Positions 29,386 through 38,974 are shown, numbered from the stretch's first letter. The stretch is DNA of 64,000 nucleotides from Deferribacterales bacterium (GCA_050251875.1 JBFWMA010000002.1:278596-342595), one strand, 5' to 3'. Numbers and translations are program-made. The notes: generated by a model from the letters alone, not told the origin.

Positions 29386-29978
29386 CAGATAAGCACTTAA
29401 TAGTATCAGTCATACTCTATTGCGTCATACATTCCATCACAGCCGACAGTTATCTGATGAAAAACGTCTATACGAAATGGTGGTACAGAGCCTTTTACGT
29501 CTTTTTTTCGATTATCACCGTCATTCCTGTGGTCTATATCTATCTGAATGTTGAAAAACAGCCCTTTTTTGACCCGGCAATGCCCATCAGGATAGGTCTC
29601 GGCATCATATGGCTTATGGCTCTGGGGTTCGGGGCTTACGCCTCCAGATGTTACGATAATTCATCATTTCTGGGGCTCACACAGATAATCAACAGAAAAA
29701 AAAGCGATGACGGCGCTCATCATAAGAAAAAACTCGTCAGCACAGGCGCTCTTGGCATAGTCAGGCATCCGTATTACACAGCCGGACTTGTTCTGGTCTG
29801 GGCCCGCCCCATGAACCTGTCTGACTTTTATATCACGCTGATACTTACGGCATATTTCATTCTGGGGACGCTGAATGAGGAACGCAAGCTGATGAAAGAA
29901 TTCGGCGCTGAATATACAGAATATAAAAAGCGTGTGCCGATGCTGATTCCATATCCGGTGAGAAAAAATGAGAAATAA
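29382..29978 (+). CDS. Isoprenylcysteine carboxyl-methyltransferase/NnrU-like membrane protein
   Basis: Multiple TM segments; VRHPYY and EERKL...FG.EY..YK.RVPMLIP motifs. Confidence 0.75.
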   Translation: MTDKHLIVSVILYCVIHSITADSYLMKNVYTKWWYRAFYVFFSIITVIPVVYIYLNVEKQPFFDPAMPIRIGLGIIWLMALGFGAYASRCYDNSSFLGLTQIINRKKSDDGAHHKKKLVSTGALGIVRHPYYTAGLVLVWARPMNLSDFYITLILTAYFILGTLNEERKLMKEFGAEYTEYKKRVPMLIPYPVRKNEK

Positions 29979-30585
29979 GAACGTTCATGCTCTCTTTCTG
30001 AAATATCCGGAAGCTGGCAGGGTGAAGACCCGCCTGGGCGATACCATCGGAATGGAAAAGGCGGCAGAAATTTATAGATTCTTAGCTGACAGAATAATAA
30101 AATCATGTGTATCAGATAAGTACGATACTATCTATTTCATAGACTCAGAAAAAGACACTGACAGATTTCGTCTTTGGCTCGGAGAGAACGCCAAAATAGC
30201 GGTTCAGCGGGATGGTGATCTGGGATCCAGACTGGACGGGGCGTTCAGATATGTCTTTGATATGGGATACGAAAAATGCGCCGTGACCGGAAGCGATATT
30301 TTTGGTCTGGACAGTTCATATGCAGATATGGCTTTTGACGCTCTGGATACTTCAGAATGTGCCATAGGCAGGGCGGAGGACGGCGGATATTATCTGATCT
30401 CTTTTGCGTCTTCGTCTTATGAACCCGCTGTTTTTTATGATATAATCTGGAGTACATCAACTGTGCTTGATGAAACTGTAAAAAAACTGCAAAATAATGG
30501 CAAAACATATCAGATTCTGCCTGAATTGCCTGACATAGACACGGAAGACGACCTGAAACATCTGAAAGGAGTGTATTTTGGTTAA
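29968..30585 (+). CDS. TIGR04282-type glycosyltransferase (DUF2064)
   Basis: KYPEAGRVKTRL, Q..GDLG.RL, GSD, G.AEDGGYYLI, WST..V, L.DIDT.DDL. Confidence 0.85.
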   Translation: MRNKNVHALFLKYPEAGRVKTRLGDTIGMEKAAEIYRFLADRIIKSCVSDKYDTIYFIDSEKDTDRFRLWLGENAKIAVQRDGDLGSRLDGAFRYVFDMGYEKCAVTGSDIFGLDSSYADMAFDALDTSECAIGRAEDGGYYLISFASSSYEPAVFYDIIWSTSTVLDETVKKLQNNGKTYQILPELPDIDTEDDLKHLKGVYFG

Positions 30586-31249
30586 GAAACTCATTATTCT
30601 GCTTATTTTGATAGCGCTTTTCGTATGGCTGAGAAGCACTGACTATATTGACATTATTACTTTTGAAAATCTGAAAGCCAACGCCGACTCAATCAAAGAA
30701 TATGTGACTGACAGATACGCCGTATCGGCTCTTTTATACATCATCGGATACACAATTTTCACAGGACTGGCGCTGCCCGGTGCTGTTATTATAAGTCTCT
30801 GCGGGGGCTATGTTTTCGGTGTCGCTGGCGGTCTGACTTTTTCTGTGATAGGGGCTACATTCGGCGCTTCGTCCGCCTTTTTTCTTGCCAGGTTTTTTCT
30901 GGGAAGCTGGCTGAACAGAAAATATTCCGCTCAGCTCGAAAAATTCAACAAAGAGCTGAAATCCAACGGACACCTCTATCTGCTGACACTCAGGCTTATC
31001 CCGATATTCCCCTTCTTTCTCATAAACTTAATGGCTGGACTCACGTCCATCGGTTTTTATACATTTCTGTGGACCACCATTATCGGCATCATACCCGGCG
31101 GGTTCGTCTTTATCTACGCCGGCAGCAGGCTGAGCGAGGTCAACTCTGTGTCCGGCATCTTTTCCGGTCAGATGCTTCTGGCTTTTGTGTTTCTCGGATG
31201 CCTTATGCTTCTGCCTGTCATCTATAAGAAAATCATCAAAAAGAGATGA
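30578..31249 (+). CDS. TVP38/TMEM64 (DedA superfamily) membrane protein
   Basis: LPGA...GGY.FG, GAT.GA..AF.LAR, LRLIPIFPFFLINL. Confidence 0.88.
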   Translation: MVKKLIILLILIALFVWLRSTDYIDIITFENLKANADSIKEYVTDRYAVSALLYIIGYTIFTGLALPGAVIISLCGGYVFGVAGGLTFSVIGATFGASSAFFLARFFLGSWLNRKYSAQLEKFNKELKSNGHLYLLTLRLIPIFPFFLINLMAGLTSIGFYTFLWTTIIGIIPGGFVFIYAGSRLSEVNSVSGIFSGQMLLAFVFLGCLMLLPVIYKKIIKKR

Positions 31250-31893
31250 CCGTATCAGTCATTATTCCTGTTTTCAACGAGCAGGAGAATATCAACAGAA
31301 TTATCAGTTCTCTAAATGACTGCGAGATAATAATATCCGACTGTAACGGCGAAACGCTGAAAGCCGTGTCCGACAAATCCGTGATAACCGTGATGTCTGA
31401 AAAAGGACGAGGCAACCAACAGAACGCCGGAGCGGAAAAAGCCTCGGGCGACATACTCTTATTTCTTCATGCCGATACAAAACTACCCGAAAACTGGCTG
31501 GAAAAAATATCAGAAACACTTAAAAAATATGACTGCGGGGCATTTTCGCTTGGAATTGACTCAAGTCAGGGTATATTCAGAGTATTGGAACGTGTGTCCA
31601 CATTCAGAAGCAGGATCACGAAAATTCCATACGGCGATCAGGCGATTTTTATCAGGCGTGAGCTTTTTGAAAAGATAGGCGGATTCAGAGATTATCCGAT
31701 CTTTGAGGATTTCCGGCTGATGCAGGATGTTAAACGCTCAGGAGCAAAAATTCATATCCTGAAAGAAAGAGTCATGACATCGCCCAGACGGTGGCAGAAA
31801 GAGGGCGTGATCTATACAACCGCCCGAAACTGGCTGATAACAATACTTTATTTATGCGGGGTTTCTCCGCATAAGCTGAAAAAACTATATTAG
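31246..31893 (+). CDS. TIGR04283-type GT2 glycosyltransferase
   Basis: SVIIPVFNE, GRG.Q.NAGA, LLFLHADT, PYGDQAIF, P.FED, TSPRRW. Confidence 0.87.
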   Translation: MTVSVIIPVFNEQENINRIISSLNDCEIIISDCNGETLKAVSDKSVITVMSEKGRGNQQNAGAEKASGDILLFLHADTKLPENWLEKISETLKKYDCGAFSLGIDSSQGIFRVLERVSTFRSRITKIPYGDQAIFIRRELFEKIGGFRDYPIFEDFRLMQDVKRSGAKIHILKERVMTSPRRWQKEGVIYTTARNWLITILYLCGVSPHKLKKLY

Positions 31894-31901
31894 GACCCGG
31901 A

Positions 31902-32762
31902 ATGAAACAATATCTTGACCTTGTACAGCATGTGCTGGAAAACGGAGTGAAACAGACCAACCGCACGGGTGTTTCCACACTCAGCGTTTTCGGCTATTTC
32001 TACAGAGTCGATCTGAATGACGGCTTCCCTCTGCTAACCACTAAAAAGATGTTCTTTAATTCACTGGTGCATGAGCTATTTTGGTATCTGTCCGGCGATG
32101 AGCATATAAAAGATCTGCGCTCCAAGACAAAGATATGGGACGCATGGGCGGATGAAGAGGGCAGGCTCCAGACGGCTTATGGTCGTTTCTGGCGCAGGTT
32201 TCCCGTGCCTGAGCATGGACTGGACGGAGAGAACTGGGGCTCAAGATGGGTAAATACCGAAGAAAACGGACAGAAGACATTCGACCAGATCGCATATATC
32301 ATTGACACACTAAAAGAAATAAAGATAAATCCCGACACGCCCAACCAGAGGAGGATGGTGGTGTCCGCATGGCACCCTGCCAACGCCGCCGAAAGCAAAC
32401 TGCCTCCGTGTCACTATACGTTCTGCTTCAGTGTGAAGGCGGGCAGGCTGAACTGTCACCTCACCCAGCGCTCCGGCGATATAGCGCTGGGGATACCTTT
32501 TAATCTGGCATGCTACTCTCTGCTGACTATGATGCTGGCGAAAGAGACCGGATTTGAACCCGGCGAGTTTGCCCACACCATAATAGACGCTCATATCTAC
32601 GAAAACCACATAGAGGGGCTGAAAGAACAGCTCACACGGGCTCCCATGTCTCTGCCGAAAATAACTATAGCCGACAAGCCTTTCGACAGGCTTGTGTTCG
32701 AGGATATCGTCCTCTCGGATTATCAGCCGCACCCTGTAATACGCTTTGAGGTGGCAGTATGA
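31902..32762 (+). CDS. thyA: Thymidylate synthase
   Basis: NRTG, FPLLTTKK, LPPCH catalytic Cys, QRSGD..LG.PFN, HIYENH. Confidence 0.95.
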   Translation: MKQYLDLVQHVLENGVKQTNRTGVSTLSVFGYFYRVDLNDGFPLLTTKKMFFNSLVHELFWYLSGDEHIKDLRSKTKIWDAWADEEGRLQTAYGRFWRRFPVPEHGLDGENWGSRWVNTEENGQKTFDQIAYIIDTLKEIKINPDTPNQRRMVVSAWHPANAAESKLPPCHYTFCFSVKAGRLNCHLTQRSGDIALGIPFNLACYSLLTMMLAKETGFEPGEFAHTIIDAHIYENHIEGLKEQLTRAPMSLPKITIADKPFDRLVFEDIVLSDYQPHPVIRFEVAV

Positions 32763-33250
32763 AAGAGCTTTCGCTGATTGTCGCTATGACTAAGAACGGA
32801 GTGATAGGAAAAGACAACAAAATCCCCTGGCACATTCCGCAGGATCTGAAACTGTTCAAGGAACTCACCACAGGCAATGTCGTTATAATGGGCAGAAAAA
32901 CCTATGAATCCATAGGCAGACCTCTGCCGAACAGGGAAAATATCGTAATCAGCAACAGCGTGAAAGAGATAGAAGGCTGTCTGGTTTTCGATTCTGTTCT
33001 GAAGGCTGTCAGACATGCACAGACGCTGGACAAAGGGATATTTTTTATAGGCGGATCAGAGCTTTACAGGCTGGTATTGGATATAGTCACTCATCTTTAT
33101 ATTTCATGGGTCAAGGCGGACTACTGCGGGGACACATATTTTCCGGAGGTTTGCTTCAGCGAGTGGAAGATGGAAGAAGTGCTTGATTTCGAAGAGTTTA
33201 CTATGATGCATTATTCGCGGAATATCCAAGAAGCCCGGTGTAGAGCCTGA
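32759..33250 (+). CDS. folA: Dihydrofolate reductase
   Basis: LIVAM..NGVIG..N.IPW, MGRKTYESIGRPLP.R, IGG, GDTYFP. Confidence 0.95.
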   Translation: MKELSLIVAMTKNGVIGKDNKIPWHIPQDLKLFKELTTGNVVIMGRKTYESIGRPLPNRENIVISNSVKEIEGCLVFDSVLKAVRHAQTLDKGIFFIGGSELYRLVLDIVTHLYISWVKADYCGDTYFPEVCFSEWKMEEVLDFEEFTMMHYSRNIQEARCRA

Positions 33251-34298
33251 TATACTGCGAAACCATTGAGCTGTCAGAAAATTTCAGCGAAGTATGAAAT
33301 CCGTTCTGACCGAATTTCTTAACATTGTCGCCATTCTCATATATTTCATAAAAACTGCATGCCAAAGCGTCTGAATCCTGAACAGGGGTCAGAAGCCCGT
33401 TGAACCTGTGTTTCACCAGCTCGGGGATTCCTCCCGCCGCTGTGGAGGCTACTGGTTTCATCATGAACATAGCGTCTATGATGGATGTGCAGAGTCCTTC
33501 CGTTTTGGATGACATGGCAAAAACATCAAACACGGCAATGTGTTCATACACTTTATCCGTATGCCCGGTGAAGATTATACTGTCGGCGCACTCCTGCTTT
33601 GCGGCATATGCCTCTATCTCTTCCTTCATGTGTCCGCCGCCCACCATCATCAGCACCGATTCGTTCGCCAGTTTATGAAATTTTGCGAAAGCGTCTATCA
33701 TCGTGTAGTGGTCTTTGGTTTCGGAGATGCTGGCGACTGTGCCCACAACGTATTTACCGTCCAGATCATATTTTTCACGAATGTCTTTATATGTCTGGTA
33801 TTCAAGGCTTTTAGGAAACCGTACGCCGCTGTTTATCACTTTGAGCTTTTCGGGTTCTATGCCGTCATTTATCAGCAGGCGCCTGATGGCGTCCGATATG
33901 GCGACTATCACGTCTACCTGTTTGTTGTCATACTTTTTGCGCTTGAAATAGCCTTTGTTTATGCTGAAATCTATGCGGCGGGTGTTTATCAGTTTATATT
34001 TCAGCCCGAATACCTTAGCCAGAAGGGCGGGCATCAGGGCGTGGGCATCGTGCGTGTGTACTATGTCGGGTTTTTCGGCTCTGATTATTTTTTTCAGCTC
34101 TCTGAGAAAGCCCATGTCGGCTTCTCCCTTGAACTTCATGGGGATGATGTTTTCAGATGTGTGTCCGGTGAATTTGCCGTCTGAGTTGCAGACTATTACA
34201 GAGTCGATGCCGGCTTTCATAAGTCCTTCGTGCAGAAAGAGAACCTGTCTCTGTCCACCTCTCCAGTCCCTGCCTGTGTCTATATGCAGAACTTTCAT
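33201..34298 (-). CDS. GT4 family glycosyltransferase
   Basis: HIDTG..WRGGQRQV, EGL.TS..DAM, AGGIPELV. Confidence 0.88.
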   Translation of the reverse strand: MKVLHIDTGRDWRGGQRQVLFLHEGLMKAGIDSVIVCNSDGKFTGHTSENIIPMKFKGEADMGFLRELKKIIRAEKPDIVHTHDAHALMPALLAKVFGLKYKLINTRRIDFSINKGYFKRKKYDNKQVDVIVAISDAIRRLLINDGIEPEKLKVINSGVRFPKSLEYQTYKDIREKYDLDGKYVVGTVASISETKDHYTMIDAFAKFHKLANESVLMMVGGGHMKEEIEAYAAKQECADSIIFTGHTDKVYEHIAVFDVFAMSSKTEGLCTSIIDAMFMMKPVASTAAGGIPELVKHRFNGLLTPVQDSDALACSFYEIYENGDNVKKFGQNGFHTSLKFSDSSMVSQYIRLYTGLLGYSANNAS

Positions 34299-34756
34299 CA
34301 ACCCACCATATATGTCCCTGTGCCAACGGCTATCAGGGTGTTTTCATCATTTCTCAGTTCGGTTCTGGTGACAGATATCTTATTGCCCATACGCATTATT
34401 TCGCCTTTTGCCACGAAATATTTTCCACGTCCGGGGCGCAGAAAGTCCACCCGCATGTCTATGGTGCCGAGTTTTTCGAATTTTTTCATCATGTCCTGCT
34501 TTGGGTGTCCGTTGAGTCTGGACAGTGTGCTTTCCATCGCCACCACAGCTCCGGCGATATCCAGCAGAGTGGATATGATTCCGCCGTGCAGAATATTCTG
34601 CATATAGTTGCCTATGCAGACGTCCTGCATCTCCATAAAAAGATACGGCTGTCTGTTTTCATCCGGCAGCACCTTTATGTTCAGAAAACTGCTGAACGGC
34701 GTCTCAATCTCAAAAACTTCTCTAAGACATTCGAGTACAATATCTTCCATATTCAC
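34298..34756 (-). CDS. Hotdog-fold thioesterase (PaaI/YigI-like)
   Basis: GN....ILHGG.ISTLLD, GTIDMRVDFLRPG. Confidence 0.85.
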   Translation of the reverse strand: MNMEDIVLECLREVFEIETPFSSFLNIKVLPDENRQPYLFMEMQDVCIGNYMQNILHGGIISTLLDIAGAVVAMESTLSRLNGHPKQDMMKKFEKLGTIDMRVDFLRPGRGKYFVAKGEIMRMGNKISVTRTELRNDENTLIAVGTGTYMVG

Positions 34757-34845
34757 ATTCTACTTTCAAAAGACTGGTCTTGTCAAACAGGCATCGCTCT
34801 TATACAATACCTTTTTTCTCTGGGAAAGATTTTATTGGAGTAGAG

Positions 34846-35685
34846 ATGCTGATAGAAGCAGTGGATCTGGTTAAAATATTTGATAAAAAAGAGGCTGTGG
34901 GCGGTATCAGTCTGGGTGTTCAGGAGGGGGAGTTCATCGCACTTCTCGGACCGAACGGCGCAGGAAAGACCACCACAGTGAACATGCTGTCCGGACTCAG
35001 CAAGCCGACATCCGGCAGAATATATTATAACTCTAAGCCCTTTACGGCGGACGATATTTTTCTGAAAAAGCAGATAGGCGTGGTGCCTCAGCACAACAAT
35101 GTCGACCGTGACCTGACCGTTGCGGAAAACCTGCGGGTGCACTGCAAACTTTTCGGGATAAACGATGAAAAGAGAGCCATAGACAGGGCTCTGGAGTTTT
35201 CCGGGCTGACAGGGCATATGGACAAGACGGCTGACAAGCTCTCCGGAGGCATGAAACGCCGTCTGGTGATAGCCCGTGCTCTTCTGCATGACCCTAAGGT
35301 GCTGTTTCTGGATGAGCCCACAACGGGGCTGGACGCCAGCGTACGCAGGAATATATGGGATTTCGTCCGCACGGTGAACAAACAGCACGGATGCACGGTC
35401 ATCCTGACAACGCATTACATAGAAGAGGCGGAAGTGCTGGCAGACAGAGTAATCATTATAGACAGGGGCAAAATAGCCGCAGAAGGGCGTGTGGAGCCTC
35501 TGAAAGAGTCTGTGGGGCGTGCCGCACTGGACATATACACAGAAAACGGAATAGAGACGCTTCATTTCGCCGACAGGCAGGAAGCGATACATAAGCTGGA
35601 ATCCATAACAGACGAGGCAAAACTGCGTGACGTCACTCTGGAAGACGTCTACATCAAAATAACAGGCAGAAGGATAGACGTATGA
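34846..35685 (+). CDS. ABC-2 type exporter ATP-binding subunit (NodI/DrrA-like)
   Basis: GPNGAGKTT, LSGGMKRRL.IARAL, LDEPTTGLD, LTTHYIEEAE. Confidence 0.88.
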   Translation: MLIEAVDLVKIFDKKEAVGGISLGVQEGEFIALLGPNGAGKTTTVNMLSGLSKPTSGRIYYNSKPFTADDIFLKKQIGVVPQHNNVDRDLTVAENLRVHCKLFGINDEKRAIDRALEFSGLTGHMDKTADKLSGGMKRRLVIARALLHDPKVLFLDEPTTGLDASVRRNIWDFVRTVNKQHGCTVILTTHYIEEAEVLADRVIIIDRGKIAAEGRVEPLKESVGRAALDIYTENGIETLHFADRQEAIHKLESITDEAKLRDVTLEDVYIKITGRRIDV

Positions 35686-36419
35686 ACGGTATAAAAGGTG
35701 TGGTCTACAGAGAGACCAGAGTGCTGAAAAGCCGTTTTATGAAGACTATCCTGTCCTCATCCGTGTCGCCTCTGCTGTTTCTTCTGGCGTTCGGATACGG
35801 CATCGGGCGCAATTCCACCGTGGGGCAGACCGGATATATCGAGTTTCTGATTCCCGGGCTCATCGCCATGACGAGCATGAACCAGAGCTACGGCATATCC
35901 AGCGATATCAACATCTCCAGATTCTATTTCAAAACCTTCGATGAATATCTTCTGGCGCCCTGCGCTAAGTGGGAAATCGTTGTGGGGGAAATAATTTACG
36001 GAATTTTAAAGGGGCTCATTCCTGTTCTTATAATATTCGTATACGGCTATCTGGCGGGAGCGGGCAACATTCCGAACATTCTTTTTGTCCCCGCTATGCT
36101 GGTGCATCTTATCATATTCTCAATGCTGGGGATTATGGTGGCTCTGAAGGTGAAGAACCACGGAGATCAGTTCGCTGTGAACTCTTTTGTCATCACTCCC
36201 ATGATATTTCTCTCCGGAACATTCTATCCGGTGGAGCATATGCCTCTGGCTGTAAAGATTATAGCGGCGATATCGCCTCTGACATACACCACCAGACTCA
36301 TAAGGGGCTCTGTGCTGGGTACTGACACGGCTTATCTGCTTAATTTTTCGGTGTCTGTGGCTATTGCGGCGGCGCTGTTCTGGCTTTCACTCAAAATCGT
36401 GAAAAGGATAGAGCCGTGA
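35682..36419 (+). CDS. ABC-2 type exporter permease (NodJ-like)
   Basis: Y.EFL.PGLIAM, ITPM.FLSGTFYP, six TM helices. Confidence 0.85.
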   Translation: MNGIKGVVYRETRVLKSRFMKTILSSSVSPLLFLLAFGYGIGRNSTVGQTGYIEFLIPGLIAMTSMNQSYGISSDINISRFYFKTFDEYLLAPCAKWEIVVGEIIYGILKGLIPVLIIFVYGYLAGAGNIPNILFVPAMLVHLIIFSMLGIMVALKVKNHGDQFAVNSFVITPMIFLSGTFYPVEHMPLAVKIIAAISPLTYTTRLIRGSVLGTDTAYLLNFSVSVAIAAALFWLSLKIVKRIEP

Positions 36420-37354
36420 AATATTTATGGCTTATCCCCGTTGCCGCTCTGATAACGGGTTCGCTCTTTTTCGGTTCAGTCAGTCTGGATATCTTCGACC
36501 CGCAGAACAGGGATATCGTCCTTGACCTGCGCCTGCCCAGAGCGCTTTTTGCTTTCTGCGTGGGGGCTATGCTGGGGCTGTCAGGCTCTGTCTATCAGCT
36601 GGTGCTCAGAAACCCTCTGGCAGACAGCTTTACCACCGGAGCGGCGTCATCATCCGCTCTTGGGGCTGTTCTGGCTATCTCCATGGGACTCAGCCCGACT
36701 TTTGTCCCTCCTTTCGCTTTCGTCACAGGGATGCTGGGACTGGCACTGGTATACAGGCTGTCCGGAGGCGCCAGAGGTGCCGTAACGCTCATTCTGTGCG
36801 GTGTTATAGTCAATATAGTCGCTTCATCCATGATAGGATTTACCAAGTTTTATTTCGAGGAATCCGTGACATCTGTGGTTTTTTGGCTGATGGGCGGATT
36901 CAGCTTTATAGATATGCCAAAACTGATAATAGGTTATACCGTGTTTATCATATCGTATATGTACCTGATGAAGAAGGGATCGAGGCTGGATATGATGGCT
37001 TTTGACGACAGCACAGCCGTCACCAGCGGGATAGATCTGAAACAGGAGAGGGCGGGGGCGTTCTTTTTTGCCACCCTTCTGGTCGCCTGCGCCGTGAGCT
37101 ACAGCGGGCTGATCGGCTTTGTGGGGCTTATCGTGCCGCACATAGCCAGAAGCATCTTCAGACCGAACATGCGCTCCAACATGTTTTACTCAGCCGTCTT
37201 CGGCGGGCTTCTGCTGCTGGCGTCAGATACGTTCGTCAGGACATTCGTCAGAGGCGGAGCGGAGATGCCTGTGGGGATAGTCACATCCATACTGGGCGGA
37301 CTGTTCTTCTTCTATATTCTGATGCGCAGGCGCGCGGAGATCTGGCATGATTAA
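36416..37354 (+). CDS. FecCD/BtuC family importer permease
   Basis: LRLPR, Q..LRNPLAD, G.IGFVGLIVPHIAR, E.PVGIVTS..GG.FF. Confidence 0.9.
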   Translation: MKYLWLIPVAALITGSLFFGSVSLDIFDPQNRDIVLDLRLPRALFAFCVGAMLGLSGSVYQLVLRNPLADSFTTGAASSSALGAVLAISMGLSPTFVPPFAFVTGMLGLALVYRLSGGARGAVTLILCGVIVNIVASSMIGFTKFYFEESVTSVVFWLMGGFSFIDMPKLIIGYTVFIISYMYLMKKGSRLDMMAFDDSTAVTSGIDLKQERAGAFFFATLLVACAVSYSGLIGFVGLIVPHIARSIFRPNMRSNMFYSAVFGGLLLLASDTFVRTFVRGGAEMPVGIVTSILGGLFFFYILMRRRAEIWHD

Positions 37355-38069
37355 ATATAGAAAAATAACATTCAAAAGAGACGATTTCAGGTTAGATATA
37401 GGTGGCTTAGTAATAGAACATAATCAAAAGGTTGCTATTTTAGGTGAAAACGGTTGTGGTAAAAGCACTTTTATTAACTTAAGCTGTGGTTTGCTGGGAA
37501 ATCAGCGCATAGAGTTCAATGGAAAAAGACTGAAGGATATGGACACTCTGGACAGAGCCAGAACGTTTGCTCTGTTTGCCCAGAACCCTGAAGTGACTTT
37601 TCCTTTCACGGTCTTCGAGATAGTTCGAATGGGCAGATTCGCCGTGAACGGCGGAGCCCACACTCAGGCTGATAACGATAAAACCTTTGAAATGCTTACT
37701 CTTTTTGACATTCTTAAATACAGCAAAAGAAAATTTACTGAGCTCTCCGGCGGAGAAAAGCGCCGTGTGATGCTCGCCAGAGCCTTTAATCAGGATACTC
37801 CGTTTCTTTTTCTGGATGAGCCGGTGAGTATGCTGGATATCAGGCACTCGCTGGAAATCATGAATATTATTGATGATTCAGATAAAACTATCATTGCTTC
37901 CATGCACGATATCAATCTGGCGGCAAGACATTTCGACAGACTGATAATGATGAAGGAAGGACAGATAGTCTATGACACATTAAGCCGGGAGCTGACCCCG
38001 CAGATGATAGAAGAGGTGTATAATGTTAAAGTTTCTAGTAGTATTCACAATTTCGGTTTTATCATTTAG
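37347..38069 (+). CDS. Iron/cobalamin ABC importer ATP-binding subunit
   Basis: GENGCGKST, ELSGGEKRRV.LARA, LDEP...LDI.H, MHDINLAA. Confidence 0.88.
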   Translation: MIKYRKITFKRDDFRLDIGGLVIEHNQKVAILGENGCGKSTFINLSCGLLGNQRIEFNGKRLKDMDTLDRARTFALFAQNPEVTFPFTVFEIVRMGRFAVNGGAHTQADNDKTFEMLTLFDILKYSKRKFTELSGGEKRRVMLARAFNQDTPFLFLDEPVSMLDIRHSLEIMNIIDDSDKTIIASMHDINLAARHFDRLIMMKEGQIVYDTLSRELTPQMIEEVYNVKVSSSIHNFGFII

Positions 38070-38811
38070 CGGATTCAGCGCGGAAAGAATCGTAATCCTG
38101 TCTCCTGGCGCAGGCGACATAGTTCAGAAGCTGGGCGCGGAATCAAAGGTTGTCGGGGTTACCAAAAGCCTCGAGGGTTTTGATAAGGCGGTCAGGGTCG
38201 GCAGCCACATCAAGCCGAACGTGGAGATCATCAGGTCTCTTAATCCGGATCTGCTCATTGTGAGCGGCGGTAAATATTTCACAGATGAAATGAAATCCGC
38301 TATAGACGCTAAAACCATCGTTTATGACCCCAGATCACTGGATGAGGTTCTGGAAGGGCTTAGAACGATAGGAAAAGAGCTTTCGAAGGTGGATATAGCT
38401 GACAGTCTTGAAAAATCGCTTAGAAATGAAATTAGCGGGTTGAAAAATCCGGCATGTTCTCCGAAGGTCTTTTATGAGGTGTCGCAGATACCGCTGATGG
38501 CGGCAGGCAATGACAGCATAATCGGCGACAGCATAAAGAGAGCCGGGGGCTATCTTGTTCCCGTATCAGATAAAAAACTCTATAAGACCAACATAGAGAC
38601 GGTTCTGACATCTAAACCGGATATCTATATCTGGCAGACGGGCGCAATGAACCGCAATCCTGTGCCTCCGAAAGACAGAGGAGAATATCAGAGCCTGAAG
38701 GCGGTATACGTTCATGTTAACGAATATGACTTCTCAAGGGCGAATACCCAGTCTTTCAAAAACGTGATTTTTCTCAACAGGGCATTTTCAGACTACTGTA
38801 AATCCAAATAG
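38023..38811 (+). CDS. BtuF-like substrate-binding protein
   Basis: Signal peptide, ERIVILSP, PNVE.I.SLNPDL. Confidence 0.82.
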   Translation: MLKFLVVFTISVLSFSGFSAERIVILSPGAGDIVQKLGAESKVVGVTKSLEGFDKAVRVGSHIKPNVEIIRSLNPDLLIVSGGKYFTDEMKSAIDAKTIVYDPRSLDEVLEGLRTIGKELSKVDIADSLEKSLRNEISGLKNPACSPKVFYEVSQIPLMAAGNDSIIGDSIKRAGGYLVPVSDKKLYKTNIETVLTSKPDIYIWQTGAMNRNPVPPKDRGEYQSLKAVYVHVNEYDFSRANTQSFKNVIFLNRAFSDYCKSK

Positions 38812-38863
38812 GCTATAGGCGGGGCTTTCGTTCAGATTGACCACGCTTTCTATTTATTATATA

Positions 38864-38891
38864 ACGTCCTATAAGATATATTATGTTAAAT
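38864..38891 (+). other. dif: dif site (XerC/XerD chromosome dimer resolution site)
   Basis: ACGTCCTATAA-GATATA-TTATGTTAAAT has the 11-6-11 architecture, and its XerD arm is identical to that of E. coli dif. Intergenic. Confidence 0.9.
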
Positions 38892-38974
38892 AGAATAGGA
38901 TAAATGGCTTTACTTTGGAACTGAATATGATTTAGATTGTCCCTATTAGAACGAAAAACATAAGGACGGCATAG

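Noticed and set aside
38812..38974. yybP-ykoY (Mn) riboswitch upstream of the TerC gene
   Set aside because: No recognisable aptamer helices. The conspicuous element in this spacer is dif.
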